Shown in pieces: positions 9,381-18,718 of a DNA stretch of 64,000 nt. Source of the DNA: Nitrospirota bacterium (GTDB taxonomy: Bacteria; Nitrospirota; Thermodesulfovibrionia; UBA6902; JAJYJJ01); contig JAJYJJ010000009.1 in NCBI GenBank assembly GCA_021789595.1, positions 1,274-65,273 of the forward strand. The letters are read 5' to 3'. The notes below the pieces were generated by a model. The model made no database searches. It saw only the letters and a program-made list of their open reading frames with translations, and had not been told where the DNA came from. Position 1 is the first letter of the stretch, and each line of letters opens with the position of its first letter. Both the position numbers and the translations under genes were made by a program.

Positions 9381-12300
9381 ATGTTTGAACGAGATATTAT
9401 AGAGCCTGAAAAGAGTATCGCCCTAAGGGCATCTGCTGGAAGCGGAAAGACCTTTAACCTCAGTTTAAGGGTCGTTAACCTGCTTTTAAAAGGGGCAGAG
9501 CCTGATAAGATCCTCTGTATAACCTTTACAAACAAGGCAGCAAATGAGATGTATGAGCGGATTATGGAGATGCTCAGGTATCTATCCCTTGAATTGAATC
9601 CATCAAATATAAGGGCAGAGGCAGAATGCCTCCTCGGCAGTGAAATCGGCAACCCTGATGCTGTCGAAGGATTGAGACAGAGGGCAAATGAGATCAATAG
9701 AAATGTCATAAGAAACATCTCAAGACTTAAGGTATCAACAATTGACAGTTTTCTAAACAGCATCCTTAGGCTCTTTCCATTTGAGGCAGGGTTGATGCCT
9801 GACTTCAGGTTAATCACAGAAGAGATGGATGATAATCTTTACGCCCAGGCATTTGACATCTTTATAGAAGCCCTGTCATCCGATGACAAAACAAAAAAAC
9901 TCATACAGGATATTATTATACTCAGCGGTTCCGCCTTAAACTCCCCTTCGGATTTCCTCAACGATTATTTTAAAAGGCTCCTTTCCATGCGTACAGAGAT
10001 TGACCATATCCAGGGGTCATGCAGGTCATCGGAGATCTGGGATGATTTAGATGAGGTGAGAATGCTTGAGTCTGCGGCAAAGAATACCGCGAGGCAGTTT
10101 TCATCGATAATGCAGGCAAGATATCCTGGCCTTGGAAAAAATGCGGTTAATGAATTAATAAAATATGAGACATATCCGATAAAGGAGATCACAGGGCTTA
10201 CAAGTTTTTCAAAGAAGGAACACAAAGATTACAGATATTTTCCCGATGAGCGTAACGAAGAGATTCAGGCAGTCTTCGATGACCTCAAGGCAAAGACATC
10301 TGATTTTCTTATAAGGAAAAACAGGATTTTTCAGGATTCGCTGTTATATCTCTTCTACAGGTTTTTAGGCTATCTTGATGATGCAAAGCGAGAGCTTAAT
10401 GGTCTTACATTCTCAGATGTAACAAACAGGTGTTATAAGCTCCTTGTCTCAAACAACCTAATAAAGGATTCCCCTGACTATTTTTATTTCAGACTCGATA
10501 GCAGGATTGAACATCTTTTAATTGACGAGTTTCAGGACACAAATTTTACCCAGTGGCAGATACTCAAACCCATTGTTGATGAGCTCATCTCAGGCATTGG
10601 TCAGAAGGACAGGCAGGGTTCGTTTTTTTATGTCGGAGACCCCAAGCAGTCAATATACCGCTTCAGGGGAGGAGAAAGCAGGCTGTTTGACAGCATTGTC
10701 AGACAGTATAAGGGAAGGATACTTTCAAGGTCTTTAAATGACAACTACCGAAGTGCAAAGAATATAGTCAGGTTTATTAATGAAGTATTTACCAGAATAG
10801 GCATGCAATATGATTTTACCTATGAAGCACAGGATGCAATGATAGATGGTGTTGATGGATATGTTGAGGTTATGTTTTTTGATAGAAAGAGGTTTAAGGA
10901 TGTTGAGTTTAAGAAGAAACTGGTAGTGGAACATATCCAGAGACTGATCGACTGCGGGATAGAGGCTAAAGATATAACTATCCTCTGTAATAAAAATGAT
11001 GAGTGCGATAGTTATGCATCATATCTTATTAAAAATGGGATAAATGCTGTTACAGAGAGCGCTGATACATTCCTCAATGCCACGCCAGTAAGGGCAATGG
11101 TGAATCTGTTACGATACCTTGCTGATACAGGGCAGAAGGTTTATTTCCTAAGTTTTATGTCCTTAACTGAATATGTAGAAACGACGGACATCGAGGAAAA
11201 GATCCAGAGGATTTCTAACTATGCTAATCTTGTTCCTGTAAGCAAATTGCTTGCGATAATTGTCGAGGAGTTTGACTTGCTAAGGCGGTTTTCCTTTGAC
11301 CCGAACCTGCAGCTCCTGATTGAGTGTTCAACAAGCAATGAACTCGAAGACCCTGTTTCGATAAACGAATTTCTCAGCTTCGCAGAGACCAATCTCAGGG
11401 CTGTAAAGTCATTAAGAATTAATCCCGCCTATCCGCACTTTAATAAGGGAGGGATTCATAAGGGTGCTGTCTCGATCATGACTATCCATAAATCAAAGGG
11501 TCTTGAATTTCCATATGTGATAATCCCCGAGATGGAAGTAACGATGTCTCTGGATGCCAGATTAACACCGATCATATTTGAATACGATGACAACCTGTTT
11601 GTAAAAAACATCTACATAAACGAGAGAAGGGATATCCTGGAGATAAATCCACAGCTTAAAGAGGCTTACAGGTTAGAGCAGGAGTTAATTGTTCGTGACA
11701 GCCTCAATAGGCTCTATGTTGCAATGACAAGGGCAAAGCATGGGCTTTTTATAATCGCAGGGCACAGCGATGGAAACTCCGGAAAACTGCTTTCTGATGT
11801 GCTTTTAAATATCTTCAAAGAAGAACACCTTGTCTACGGCGAGATTCCCAGGCTAACAAAACAAGGCAGAGAAGATAAGGCTGAAACGCCTTTACTGCAG
11901 TCCTTAAGATCAATATGGAGCTTAAAGGACGCCAAGCCCATTATTGAGGAAGAGGAAAAGAAAGATGAAGAGATAACATCCTTTGAAGATTATCAGCACA
12001 GGCTTTTTGGCGAGGCCTTTCATTATGCAGTTCAGGTAATAAAGGGGTTTGAACAGGGTAATGTAGAGGATGCAGTCAAACTTGTGAAACAGAGATTCGG
12101 GGGACTAACATCAATCCCTCATCATTCTCCCTTGCTGAATGTGGGGTTGGAGGATCTAAAGGCAAGACTGTCTATGCTGATAGGTAATGCAGTGTTCAGA
12201 GATATTGTTAACGGGGCAGAGCTTATACGCGAAACAACATTCCTTAAGTCCCTCAAAGACTACAGGATAGACCTTATAGCATTAAAGGATAATACTGCAC

Positions 12301-12464
12301 AGGTTATTGATTTTAAGACAAATTATGATAAGGCCTCGCTAAATAAATATAAAAACCAGATAAGAAATTACTGCAGGCTTGTATCTGATGCTACAGGCAA
12401 AAAAGCATATGGCTATCTGATATTTATACTCGATGACAGGGTCGAGATTCAGGAAGTAAAGTAA
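9381..12464 (+). CDS. addA: UvrD/Rep-family helicase with C-terminal PD-(D/E)XK nuclease (AddA/RexA-like)
   Basis: 1027 aa with Walker A 'ASAGSGKTFNLS', helicase motifs ('LIDEFQDTN', 'VGDPKQSIYRFRGG', 'MTIHKSKGLEFP') and the C-terminal nuclease motif 'VIDFKTNY...YKNQIRNYCRLV'. Confidence 0.75.
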   Translation: MFERDIIEPEKSIALRASAGSGKTFNLSLRVVNLLLKGAEPDKILCITFTNKAANEMYERIMEMLRYLSLELNPSNIRAEAECLLGSEIGNPDAVEGLRQRANEINRNVIRNISRLKVSTIDSFLNSILRLFPFEAGLMPDFRLITEEMDDNLYAQAFDIFIEALSSDDKTKKLIQDIIILSGSALNSPSDFLNDYFKRLLSMRTEIDHIQGSCRSSEIWDDLDEVRMLESAAKNTARQFSSIMQARYPGLGKNAVNELIKYETYPIKEITGLTSFSKKEHKDYRYFPDERNEEIQAVFDDLKAKTSDFLIRKNRIFQDSLLYLFYRFLGYLDDAKRELNGLTFSDVTNRCYKLLVSNNLIKDSPDYFYFRLDSRIEHLLIDEFQDTNFTQWQILKPIVDELISGIGQKDRQGSFFYVGDPKQSIYRFRGGESRLFDSIVRQYKGRILSRSLNDNYRSAKNIVRFINEVFTRIGMQYDFTYEAQDAMIDGVDGYVEVMFFDRKRFKDVEFKKKLVVEHIQRLIDCGIEAKDITILCNKNDECDSYASYLIKNGINAVTESADTFLNATPVRAMVNLLRYLADTGQKVYFLSFMSLTEYVETTDIEEKIQRISNYANLVPVSKLLAIIVEEFDLLRRFSFDPNLQLLIECSTSNELEDPVSINEFLSFAETNLRAVKSLRINPAYPHFNKGGIHKGAVSIMTIHKSKGLEFPYVIIPEMEVTMSLDARLTPIIFEYDDNLFVKNIYINERRDILEINPQLKEAYRLEQELIVRDSLNRLYVAMTRAKHGLFIIAGHSDGNSGKLLSDVLLNIFKEEHLVYGEIPRLTKQGREDKAETPLLQSLRSIWSLKDAKPIIEEEEKKDEEITSFEDYQHRLFGEAFHYAVQVIKGFEQGNVEDAVKLVKQRFGGLTSIPHHSPLLNVGLEDLKARLSMLIGNAVFRDIVNGAELIRETTFLKSLKDYRIDLIALKDNTAQVIDFKTNYDKASLNKYKNQIRNYCRLVSDATGKKAYGYLIFILDDRVEIQEVK

Positions 12465-12507
12465 CTTCCATTTTGACGCCTTCGACGATAGCAGGTATAA
12501 TTGATTC

Positions 12508-13101
12508 ATGGAAAATCTATTGAAAATATTGCCAAGCACATTCATCCCATTGTTTGTCGCTATAGATGTCTTTGCAGTGCTGCCTATATTTATCTCGATG
12601 ACGGATGGGATGGCCAAGGAACACAGACAGACAGTGGTCAGGGACTCGATCCTCACTGCGCTATTTGTAAGTCTTGCGTTTATAGCAGTTGGGGAGGCCA
12701 TATTCAGGGTACTTGGCATTACCACTGATGATTTTAAGGTTGCCGGCGGCCTTGTGCTCCTTGTTTTCTCGGTTATTGAACTCATTATACCAGGCGAGGA
12801 AAGAAGGCAGCCCACGGGAAAACTCGGAGTAGTCCCTATAGGTGTCCCGCTTATTGTTGGTCCTGCTGTCCTTACTACCCTGATTGTGATTGTGGACCAT
12901 TATGGTATCGTGCCAGCAGTTATATCTCTCATCCTGAATCTCATCATTGTATGGCTTTCTTTTATTAATGCGCAGAGGATTATCAGAATCTTTGGCAGAG
13001 GAGGCATCATCGCAATCTCAAAGATCATGGCTTTGCTGCTTGCATCAATAGCGGTAATGATGATACGCCTCGGGATAGCAAATATCATCAGAGGCTCATA
13101 A
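12508..13101 (+). CDS. MarC family (UPF0056) integral membrane protein
   Basis: 197 aa, 6 TM, with the 'NPxG' style N-terminus 'FIPLFVAIDVFAVLPIFISMT' typical of MarC/YhgN family proteins. Confidence 0.7.
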   Translation: MENLLKILPSTFIPLFVAIDVFAVLPIFISMTDGMAKEHRQTVVRDSILTALFVSLAFIAVGEAIFRVLGITTDDFKVAGGLVLLVFSVIELIIPGEERRQPTGKLGVVPIGVPLIVGPAVLTTLIVIVDHYGIVPAVISLILNLIIVWLSFINAQRIIRIFGRGGIIAISKIMALLLASIAVMMIRLGIANIIRGS

Positions 13102-13177
13102 CACATTGAGAAATTACTACGCATCGTTTATCTGAAAAGTGTTTATAATATCTTATAAACACAAAAGGAGAAGGAAA

Positions 13178-13660
13178 ATGTTCATCGGGATCATCTCGGA
13201 TACACATGATGATCTGCCTGTCGTAAGAAAGGCAGTGAAGTTTTTCAATAGAAAGAATGTCGGGCATGTAATCCACGCAGGTGATCTAATATCGCCGTTT
13301 ACAATAGAGGTTTTTAAGGGATTAGACTGCAGGTTTACAGGGATTTTCGGAAACAATGATGGAGATAAGCTGCTGTTAAAAGACAAATCAGAAGGCCGCA
13401 TCCATAACCAGCCGCACATCATGACGCTTCATGGAAGGAAGATAGCACTGCTGCACGAGCCAGATGTCGTTAATGCCCTTGCTGACAGCGGACACTTTGA
13501 CCTTGTCATCTATGGCCACACCCACAGGCCTGATGTAAGGACGGTCAAAAATACCTTGATTGTCAATCCTGGTAAGGCCAGCGGTCTGCTAAAAGGCAGG
13601 GCAACCGTGGCAGTAGTGGATCTGGATAAGATGGAGGCCGAGATAGCGGAGATAAAATAG
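13178..13660 (+). CDS. YfcE/MJ0936-type metallophosphoesterase
   Basis: Motifs 'IISDTHDD', 'HAGDL', 'GNND', 'VIYGHTHRP'. The start was moved to the internal 'MFIGIIS'; the longer listed ORF (13139) adds a non-conserved Lys/Arg-rich leader. Confidence 0.75.
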   Translation: MFIGIISDTHDDLPVVRKAVKFFNRKNVGHVIHAGDLISPFTIEVFKGLDCRFTGIFGNNDGDKLLLKDKSEGRIHNQPHIMTLHGRKIALLHEPDVVNALADSGHFDLVIYGHTHRPDVRTVKNTLIVNPGKASGLLKGRATVAVVDLDKMEAEIAEIK

Positions 13661-13712
13661 TTAGAGTGCTGGATTGAAAATTCCCTGCAGCAAGCTGCGG
13701 GCAATACGCTCG

Positions 13713-14357
13713 CTATCCATTTATCAGGGCATCATCTATAACACTATAATCCTTTATCTTTACCTTCCTTCCAACGACCTCTAACCTGCCCTCGGCAAAG
13801 AGCTGTATTGCCATCGGAAATATCTTATGTTCCTGTTTCAGGATCCTGTCGGAAAGGCTTTCCTCTGTATCACCATCAAAAACAGGGACAGCGGCCTGGA
13901 TTATTATAGGGCCTGTATCCATGCCTTCATCAACAAAATGCACTGTGCAGCCTGAGATCCTCGCCCCATAGTCCACTGCCTGTTTCTGAGCATGTAGCCC
14001 TGGAAAGGATGGAAGCAGTGCAGGATGTATATTCATTATCCTGTTTCTGAAAGGCTCGATCAGGCTCTTTCCGACAACCCTCATAAAGCCCGCAAGAATG
14101 ACAAGCTCAACACCTCGCCTTCTGAGCTCATCTGCAATATGGGAAAAGTAGGTATCCCTGTCCTTGAATTCCTTCGGATCTATATGGAGGTAATCTATAC
14201 CGTGCCTTTTGGCCCTTTCAATGGCAAAGGCATCCTTTCTGTCAGTTATAAGTATGGATATTCCTGCATCAAGCCTGCCTGCCTCTATGGCATCTATTAT
14301 GGCCTGAAAATTTGAACCCCTTCCAGAGGCAAGCACACCGAGTTTTATCCTGGCCAT
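13713..14357 (-). CDS. purN: phosphoribosylglycinamide formyltransferase
   Basis: 'KLGVLASGRGSNFQAIIDA...HPALLPSFPG...SGCTVHFVDEGMDTGPII' matches PurN. The ATG at 14357 is preceded by AGGAG; the longer listed ORF begins at a TTG. Confidence 0.85.
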   Translation of the reverse strand: MARIKLGVLASGRGSNFQAIIDAIEAGRLDAGISILITDRKDAFAIERAKRHGIDYLHIDPKEFKDRDTYFSHIADELRRRGVELVILAGFMRVVGKSLIEPFRNRIMNIHPALLPSFPGLHAQKQAVDYGARISGCTVHFVDEGMDTGPIIIQAAVPVFDGDTEESLSDRILKQEHKIFPMAIQLFAEGRLEVVGRKVKIKDYSVIDDALING

Positions 14358-14380
14358 TATCTCCTTTGCACCCCAAAAGA

Positions 14381-14767
14381 TCAAGGATCTTTTGGGGACC
14401 CCGTTTCAACCCGAGGGAGTTCTATAACCTTTGATTCCTCTCTGGGCATGATGGACCTTCCCTCAAAAGAGCCGCCCTCTGCAATGGAGAGTTTAGGGGT
14501 CTTTATCTCGCCGGTAACGCTACCTTTGGTCTTTATCTCCACAATCTCCTTTGCGCCAAGGTTCCCTTCAATACTTCCTCCTATGATGATACCCTTGGCA
14601 GATACATCGCCCTTAACACTGCCGCTGTCTCCAACAATAACCCAATCTGCCTCTATATTGCCCTCTACACTGCCATCTATCCTCAATGTCCCATGATTTT
14701 TTATATTGCCATTAACAAATGTCCCTTTGCCAAGAAATGACTCAATCCTCTCATGTCTTTTAAACAT
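14381..14767 (-). CDS. bactofilin (CcmA-type polymer-forming cytoskeletal protein)
   Basis: 128 aa made of beta-helix repeats 'GNIKNHGTLRIDGSVEGNIEA...VKGDVSAKGIIIGGSIEGNL' diagnostic of the bactofilin/DUF583 fold. Confidence 0.8.
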   Translation of the reverse strand: MFKRHERIESFLGKGTFVNGNIKNHGTLRIDGSVEGNIEADWVIVGDSGSVKGDVSAKGIIIGGSIEGNLGAKEIVEIKTKGSVTGEIKTPKLSIAEGGSFEGRSIMPREESKVIELPRVETGSPKDP

Positions 14768-15625
14768 CTACCTTGCCTCTATAAATGGTAATGGGTTTGT
14801 CGGTTTCCCATCCTTCCACACCTCATAGTGGACATGCGGGCCTGTGGCATTGCCTGTCGAACCAACATATGCAATAATGTCCCCCCTCTTTATCTTCTGC
14901 CCGGTATGCACGAGGTTCTGTGAGGTATGGGCATAGACGGTTGAATAGCCATAGCCATCTTCAAGCACAACCAGCCTCCCATCACCGCCTTTCCAGCCCT
15001 CGTAGCTCACTATGCCGTCGGCAGTGGCCCTTATAGGGGTTCCCTTTAAATTTGCAATATCAACACCTGAATGAAACTCAGGGCCTCCATTTATCGGGTT
15101 TGTCCTGTATCCAAAGGGTGATGTGATGCGGCCATCAATGGGCCAGCCCTTTGGTGTAGAGACATAGATGTCCTTTTGCTGCCGCAGATAATCCTTAAAC
15201 TCTGACACACTCTTAAGCCTCTCCTGAACCTCTTTTCTTATGGCATCCATATCTACAGAGCCCATATCCTCTGGCTCATTGCTCACCTTTTCAAGGACCT
15301 TATCCCTGGATTTAGAGGATAAAAGATTAACAAGCTCTGCCTCTGCTGCCTTAAGGGTATTGACAGTGCCTTTGATGTCTTTGATCTGGCCTGCGTAGTA
15401 GTTCAATCTTGCCTTCATGCCCTGGTACCTGGCCCTATCAACCGCAGCAGATAACGCAGATATGCTAAAGACAAGCCAGATTGCAATTATGGCAATGATG
15501 CCTATGGACGGCAGATGTAGCCTTATGGTTCGATTGCTGCTGTGAGGAATCAGAATAATGGTTATAGGAGTAAATGCCTTTTTCAGCACCTTCCCAATCT
15601 TCTTAAACATATCAAACATATACAC
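14768..15625 (-). CDS. M23 family metallopeptidase (peptidoglycan endopeptidase) with N-terminal membrane anchor and coiled coil
   Basis: LytM motifs 'HSGVDIA' ... 'GSTGNATGPHVHYEV', an N-terminal TM 'IGIIAIIAIWLVFSISAL' and a coiled-coil segment. Confidence 0.8.
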   Translation of the reverse strand: MYMFDMFKKIGKVLKKAFTPITIILIPHSSNRTIRLHLPSIGIIAIIAIWLVFSISALSAAVDRARYQGMKARLNYYAGQIKDIKGTVNTLKAAEAELVNLLSSKSRDKVLEKVSNEPEDMGSVDMDAIRKEVQERLKSVSEFKDYLRQQKDIYVSTPKGWPIDGRITSPFGYRTNPINGGPEFHSGVDIANLKGTPIRATADGIVSYEGWKGGDGRLVVLEDGYGYSTVYAHTSQNLVHTGQKIKRGDIIAYVGSTGNATGPHVHYEVWKDGKPTNPLPFIEAR

Positions 15626-16643
15626 ATCCCCCCTCCCCTTTATCTATGAAACCGATTATATATGGCCTCTCTCCAAGCTCTTTCAGCCTGAAGATGGCTC
15701 TCTCCACATCCTCCTCTGAAAATACCAGGATAAAGCCAATACCCATGTTAAAAACCCTGAACATCTCAGAAGGAGATACATTCCCAAGTTCCTGTATAAC
15801 CGAAAAAACAGGCTGAATCTGCCATGAATCCTTTTTTATAACTGCCTTCAAACCCGACGGCAGTATCCTCGGCAGATTCTCCGTAATCCCTCCGCCAGTA
15901 ATATGGGCCATGCCCTTTATCTTAAAATCCTTAGACATCTCAAGGACGCTTTTTACATATATCCGCGTTGGCCTTATAAGCTCCTCTCCAAGCGTAGTGC
16001 CTAACTCAGGCATAAATCTGTCTATGCTGTATCCCTTTTCATCAAAGAACAATCTCCTTACAAGGGAAAATCCATTACTGTGAAGACCTGAGGATGCAAG
16101 GCCGACCAGGACATCGCCTGCCTTTATACCCGAACCATCTATTACCCTATCCTCATCAACAATACCAACTGCAAAGCCAGAAAGGTCGTATTCCCCTTCC
16201 CCATAGAAATCAGGCATCTCCGCTGTCTCGCCTCCTATGAGGGAACATCCTGCCTCACTGCACCCATTGCATATGCCCCTGACAACCTCAGCGGCCTTTT
16301 CTGGTCTGAGCCTTCCTATGGCAAAATAATCAAGGAAAAAAAGGGGCTCTGCGCCAGATGTCAGTATATCATTTACGCACATAGCAACAAGATCAATGCC
16401 AACCGTGTCATGTCTATCCATCATAAATGCAATCTTTAATTTCGTCCCAACGCCGTCTGTGCCGCTGACAAGTATAGGGTTTTTGTATCGCTCTATATCA
16501 GGCTTAAACAGTGCACCAAAGCCGCCTATATCAGTGACCACCTCTTTTCTGAAGGTGGCCTTTACAAATGGCGATATGATACCCACAAACCTGTTGCCGG
16601 CATCGATATCAACCCCTGCCTTTTTATAAGTGAGATCTCCCAT
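15612..16643 (-). CDS. purM: phosphoribosylformylglycinamidine cyclo-ligase
   Basis: 343 aa 'YKKAGVDIDAGNRFV...DIGGFGALF...SGTDGVGTKLKIA' is classic AIR synthetase. Confidence 0.9.
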   Translation of the reverse strand: MGDLTYKKAGVDIDAGNRFVGIISPFVKATFRKEVVTDIGGFGALFKPDIERYKNPILVSGTDGVGTKLKIAFMMDRHDTVGIDLVAMCVNDILTSGAEPLFFLDYFAIGRLRPEKAAEVVRGICNGCSEAGCSLIGGETAEMPDFYGEGEYDLSGFAVGIVDEDRVIDGSGIKAGDVLVGLASSGLHSNGFSLVRRLFFDEKGYSIDRFMPELGTTLGEELIRPTRIYVKSVLEMSKDFKIKGMAHITGGGITENLPRILPSGLKAVIKKDSWQIQPVFSVIQELGNVSPSEMFRVFNMGIGFILVFSEEDVERAIFRLKELGERPYIIGFIDKGEGGCVYV

Positions 16644-17025
16644 AATGAGGCTTTAGATTTAAAAGTTATAACATAAAAAAAATATTATTTCCACCCCAAC
16701 ACCTTGGGCTTGACCCCTACTTCGGCTCCTTCGTACAGGGATAAGGATTTGTGACGGAGAGATTTTTCAACATCTATTATTGGAATAGCAGGTCTTAATG
16801 CACAAATTTATGTGCACTGAGATTGTGGCTATTGGAAAACATCTCTTAGCCATACCCTGATATCAAAGAGATTATTGCACAAAAAAATATGCAATGAGGC
16901 CTTTTAAAAGCATCCAGAATTATAACAAAACCACTATATTTCAATGAGTTATGAATCTGGAATCTTGCTTGCAAGGAGAAAAGACAGCAATCTCTGAGGT
17001 CTAATCAGAAAAGGAGGCTACAGAA

Positions 17026-17628
17026 ATGTTGGAAAACAATGCCATATCACCCGATAAGACGATTAGAGGTGTTATTACGCCTGATAAACGGCTCTTTGAC
17101 TTACTCCATAATTCTAAATCGCTTGTTAAAAACAAGAGGATTATAACACCACGGTTGAACATGCAAGATGGCCTTCTGACAGACAGAAGAGTAATCTTTA
17201 CTTCGACCGTAGTCAATAGGGGGATAGACGATGTCTATCAGATCATAAAAGATGTTGAAGGATTCCCAAAATTTATGAAATGGGTCAAGGCCATTATTAT
17301 CCATGAGAGGGAAAACCACAGGGCAATAAGTGAATGGCTTGTTGATTTCGAGGATGCATATTTAGCATGGAAACAAGAAGAAATATATGATGACAGCAGG
17401 GAAAAAATCAGCTTTAACATGCTCAACGGTGACTTTGATGGTTATTGTGGGGAATGGAATCTATCTGAGATGGGAAATAACAAAACCCTTATAACCCTAA
17501 AGGCAAAGTTTGATTGGGGGATGCCCAACATCGAGGTCCTGATGGGACACATACTGAGGAGAAAGGCAAGATATGCTATGAGGACAATGCTCTTAGCAAT
17601 AAAGAAGGAGGTAGGGAATGTTGAGTGA
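17026..17628 (+). CDS. SRPBCC (START/Bet v1/polyketide-cyclase-like) lipid- or ligand-binding domain protein
   Basis: 200 aa. The C-terminal 150 aa has the pattern of cyclase/dehydrase-family proteins ('VVNRGIDDVYQIIKDVEGFPKFMKWVKAI...'). Its stop overlaps the downstream reductase gene. Confidence 0.45.
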   Translation: MLENNAISPDKTIRGVITPDKRLFDLLHNSKSLVKNKRIITPRLNMQDGLLTDRRVIFTSTVVNRGIDDVYQIIKDVEGFPKFMKWVKAIIIHERENHRAISEWLVDFEDAYLAWKQEEIYDDSREKISFNMLNGDFDGYCGEWNLSEMGNNKTLITLKAKFDWGMPNIEVLMGHILRRKARYAMRTMLLAIKKEVGNVE

Positions 17629-18715
17629 GTTCGCCTTTGTGATCCATGCAACCGACTTAAAACTGATGAGTATTGCGTTCGATGAACCAGGGATTATTAA
17701 AAAGAACAGGAGTCTTGTTGAGAAGGCCTTCTCATGGTTCCCTCCATTTAAATGTGCCCATATAGAAGGACTTAGATCGAGAACTGGCAAAACGAGCGAA
17801 GGAGATCTAATCTTCTGCACACTGACACCCGAGCAATTTCTGACAATGGAACCTGATTTTTTGCTTAATCGGATTGTGGAGGCCGGCAGATTGGCTATAG
17901 ACCTTGGAGCAAAGATTCTTGGGCTTGGTGCATATACAGCCTTTGTTGGAAGAAAAGGACTACAGGTAGCAAAGGCACTCGACATGCCAGTTACAACAGG
18001 CAGCAGTTATACGGCTGCAACTGCTGTGGAGGCAACCTTAAAGGCAGCTGTAGATACAGGGATGAGTCTCGATGAAATTAGAGCCTCAGTTGTGGGAGCA
18101 ACCGGGACAATAGGGAGTATATGTTCTCAACTTATTTCAAAAAAAATTCGAGCGATAAACCTTGTTGCGCGGAATCTACCGAGGTTAGAAAATCTATCCA
18201 AGAGAATTAAGGGGAAAAATGAAACGGCAAAGATAATTATCTCTACAGATATAAATTCAATCTCAGAAAGCGATATAGTTGTTTGTGTGACAAATGATCC
18301 TTCTGCCATTATAGATATCAATACCTTGAAATCAGGATCTGTGGTTTGTGATATTTCGATACCAAAGAATATCTCTGAAGAAAATGCCGCAGCAAGGAAA
18401 GACATCCTTGTGATAGATGGCGGCATCGTCAAGCTTCCTGGGGATGTAGAATTCAATTTCTATTTTGGCCTTCCACACAGTCATGCATATGCCTGTATGG
18501 CAGAGACCATGATTCTTGCCCTGGAAGAGCGATATGAATCTTACTCTATAGGTGGTAATATAACTATAGAAAAAGTCGAGGAGATAACCAGGCTTGCCTC
18601 AAAGCACGGATTCAGACTTGCAGAGCTAAAGAGCTTTGGCGTTGCAGTATCGGAAGAGAGGATGGAAAGCTTTAAATATTATTCAAGAGCAAAGGCAATA
18701 TGTGGTAGAATCTAA
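17618..18715 (+). CDS. acyl-ACP reductase-like NAD(P)-dependent oxidoreductase (cyanobacterial AAR family-like)
   Basis: 365 aa with Rossmann motif 'VVGATGTIGSICSQ'. C-terminal 'YACMAETMILALEERYESYSIGGNITIEKVEEITRLASKHGFRL' closely parallels the AAR C-terminus as I recall it ('FACFAESMLLEFE...GRNQITVDKMEQIG...KHGFRP'). Confidence 0.5.
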   Translation: MLSEFAFVIHATDLKLMSIAFDEPGIIKKNRSLVEKAFSWFPPFKCAHIEGLRSRTGKTSEGDLIFCTLTPEQFLTMEPDFLLNRIVEAGRLAIDLGAKILGLGAYTAFVGRKGLQVAKALDMPVTTGSSYTAATAVEATLKAAVDTGMSLDEIRASVVGATGTIGSICSQLISKKIRAINLVARNLPRLENLSKRIKGKNETAKIIISTDINSISESDIVVCVTNDPSAIIDINTLKSGSVVCDISIPKNISEENAAARKDILVIDGGIVKLPGDVEFNFYFGLPHSHAYACMAETMILALEERYESYSIGGNITIEKVEEITRLASKHGFRLAELKSFGVAVSEERMESFKYYSRAKAICGRI

Positions 18716-18718
18716 CCG

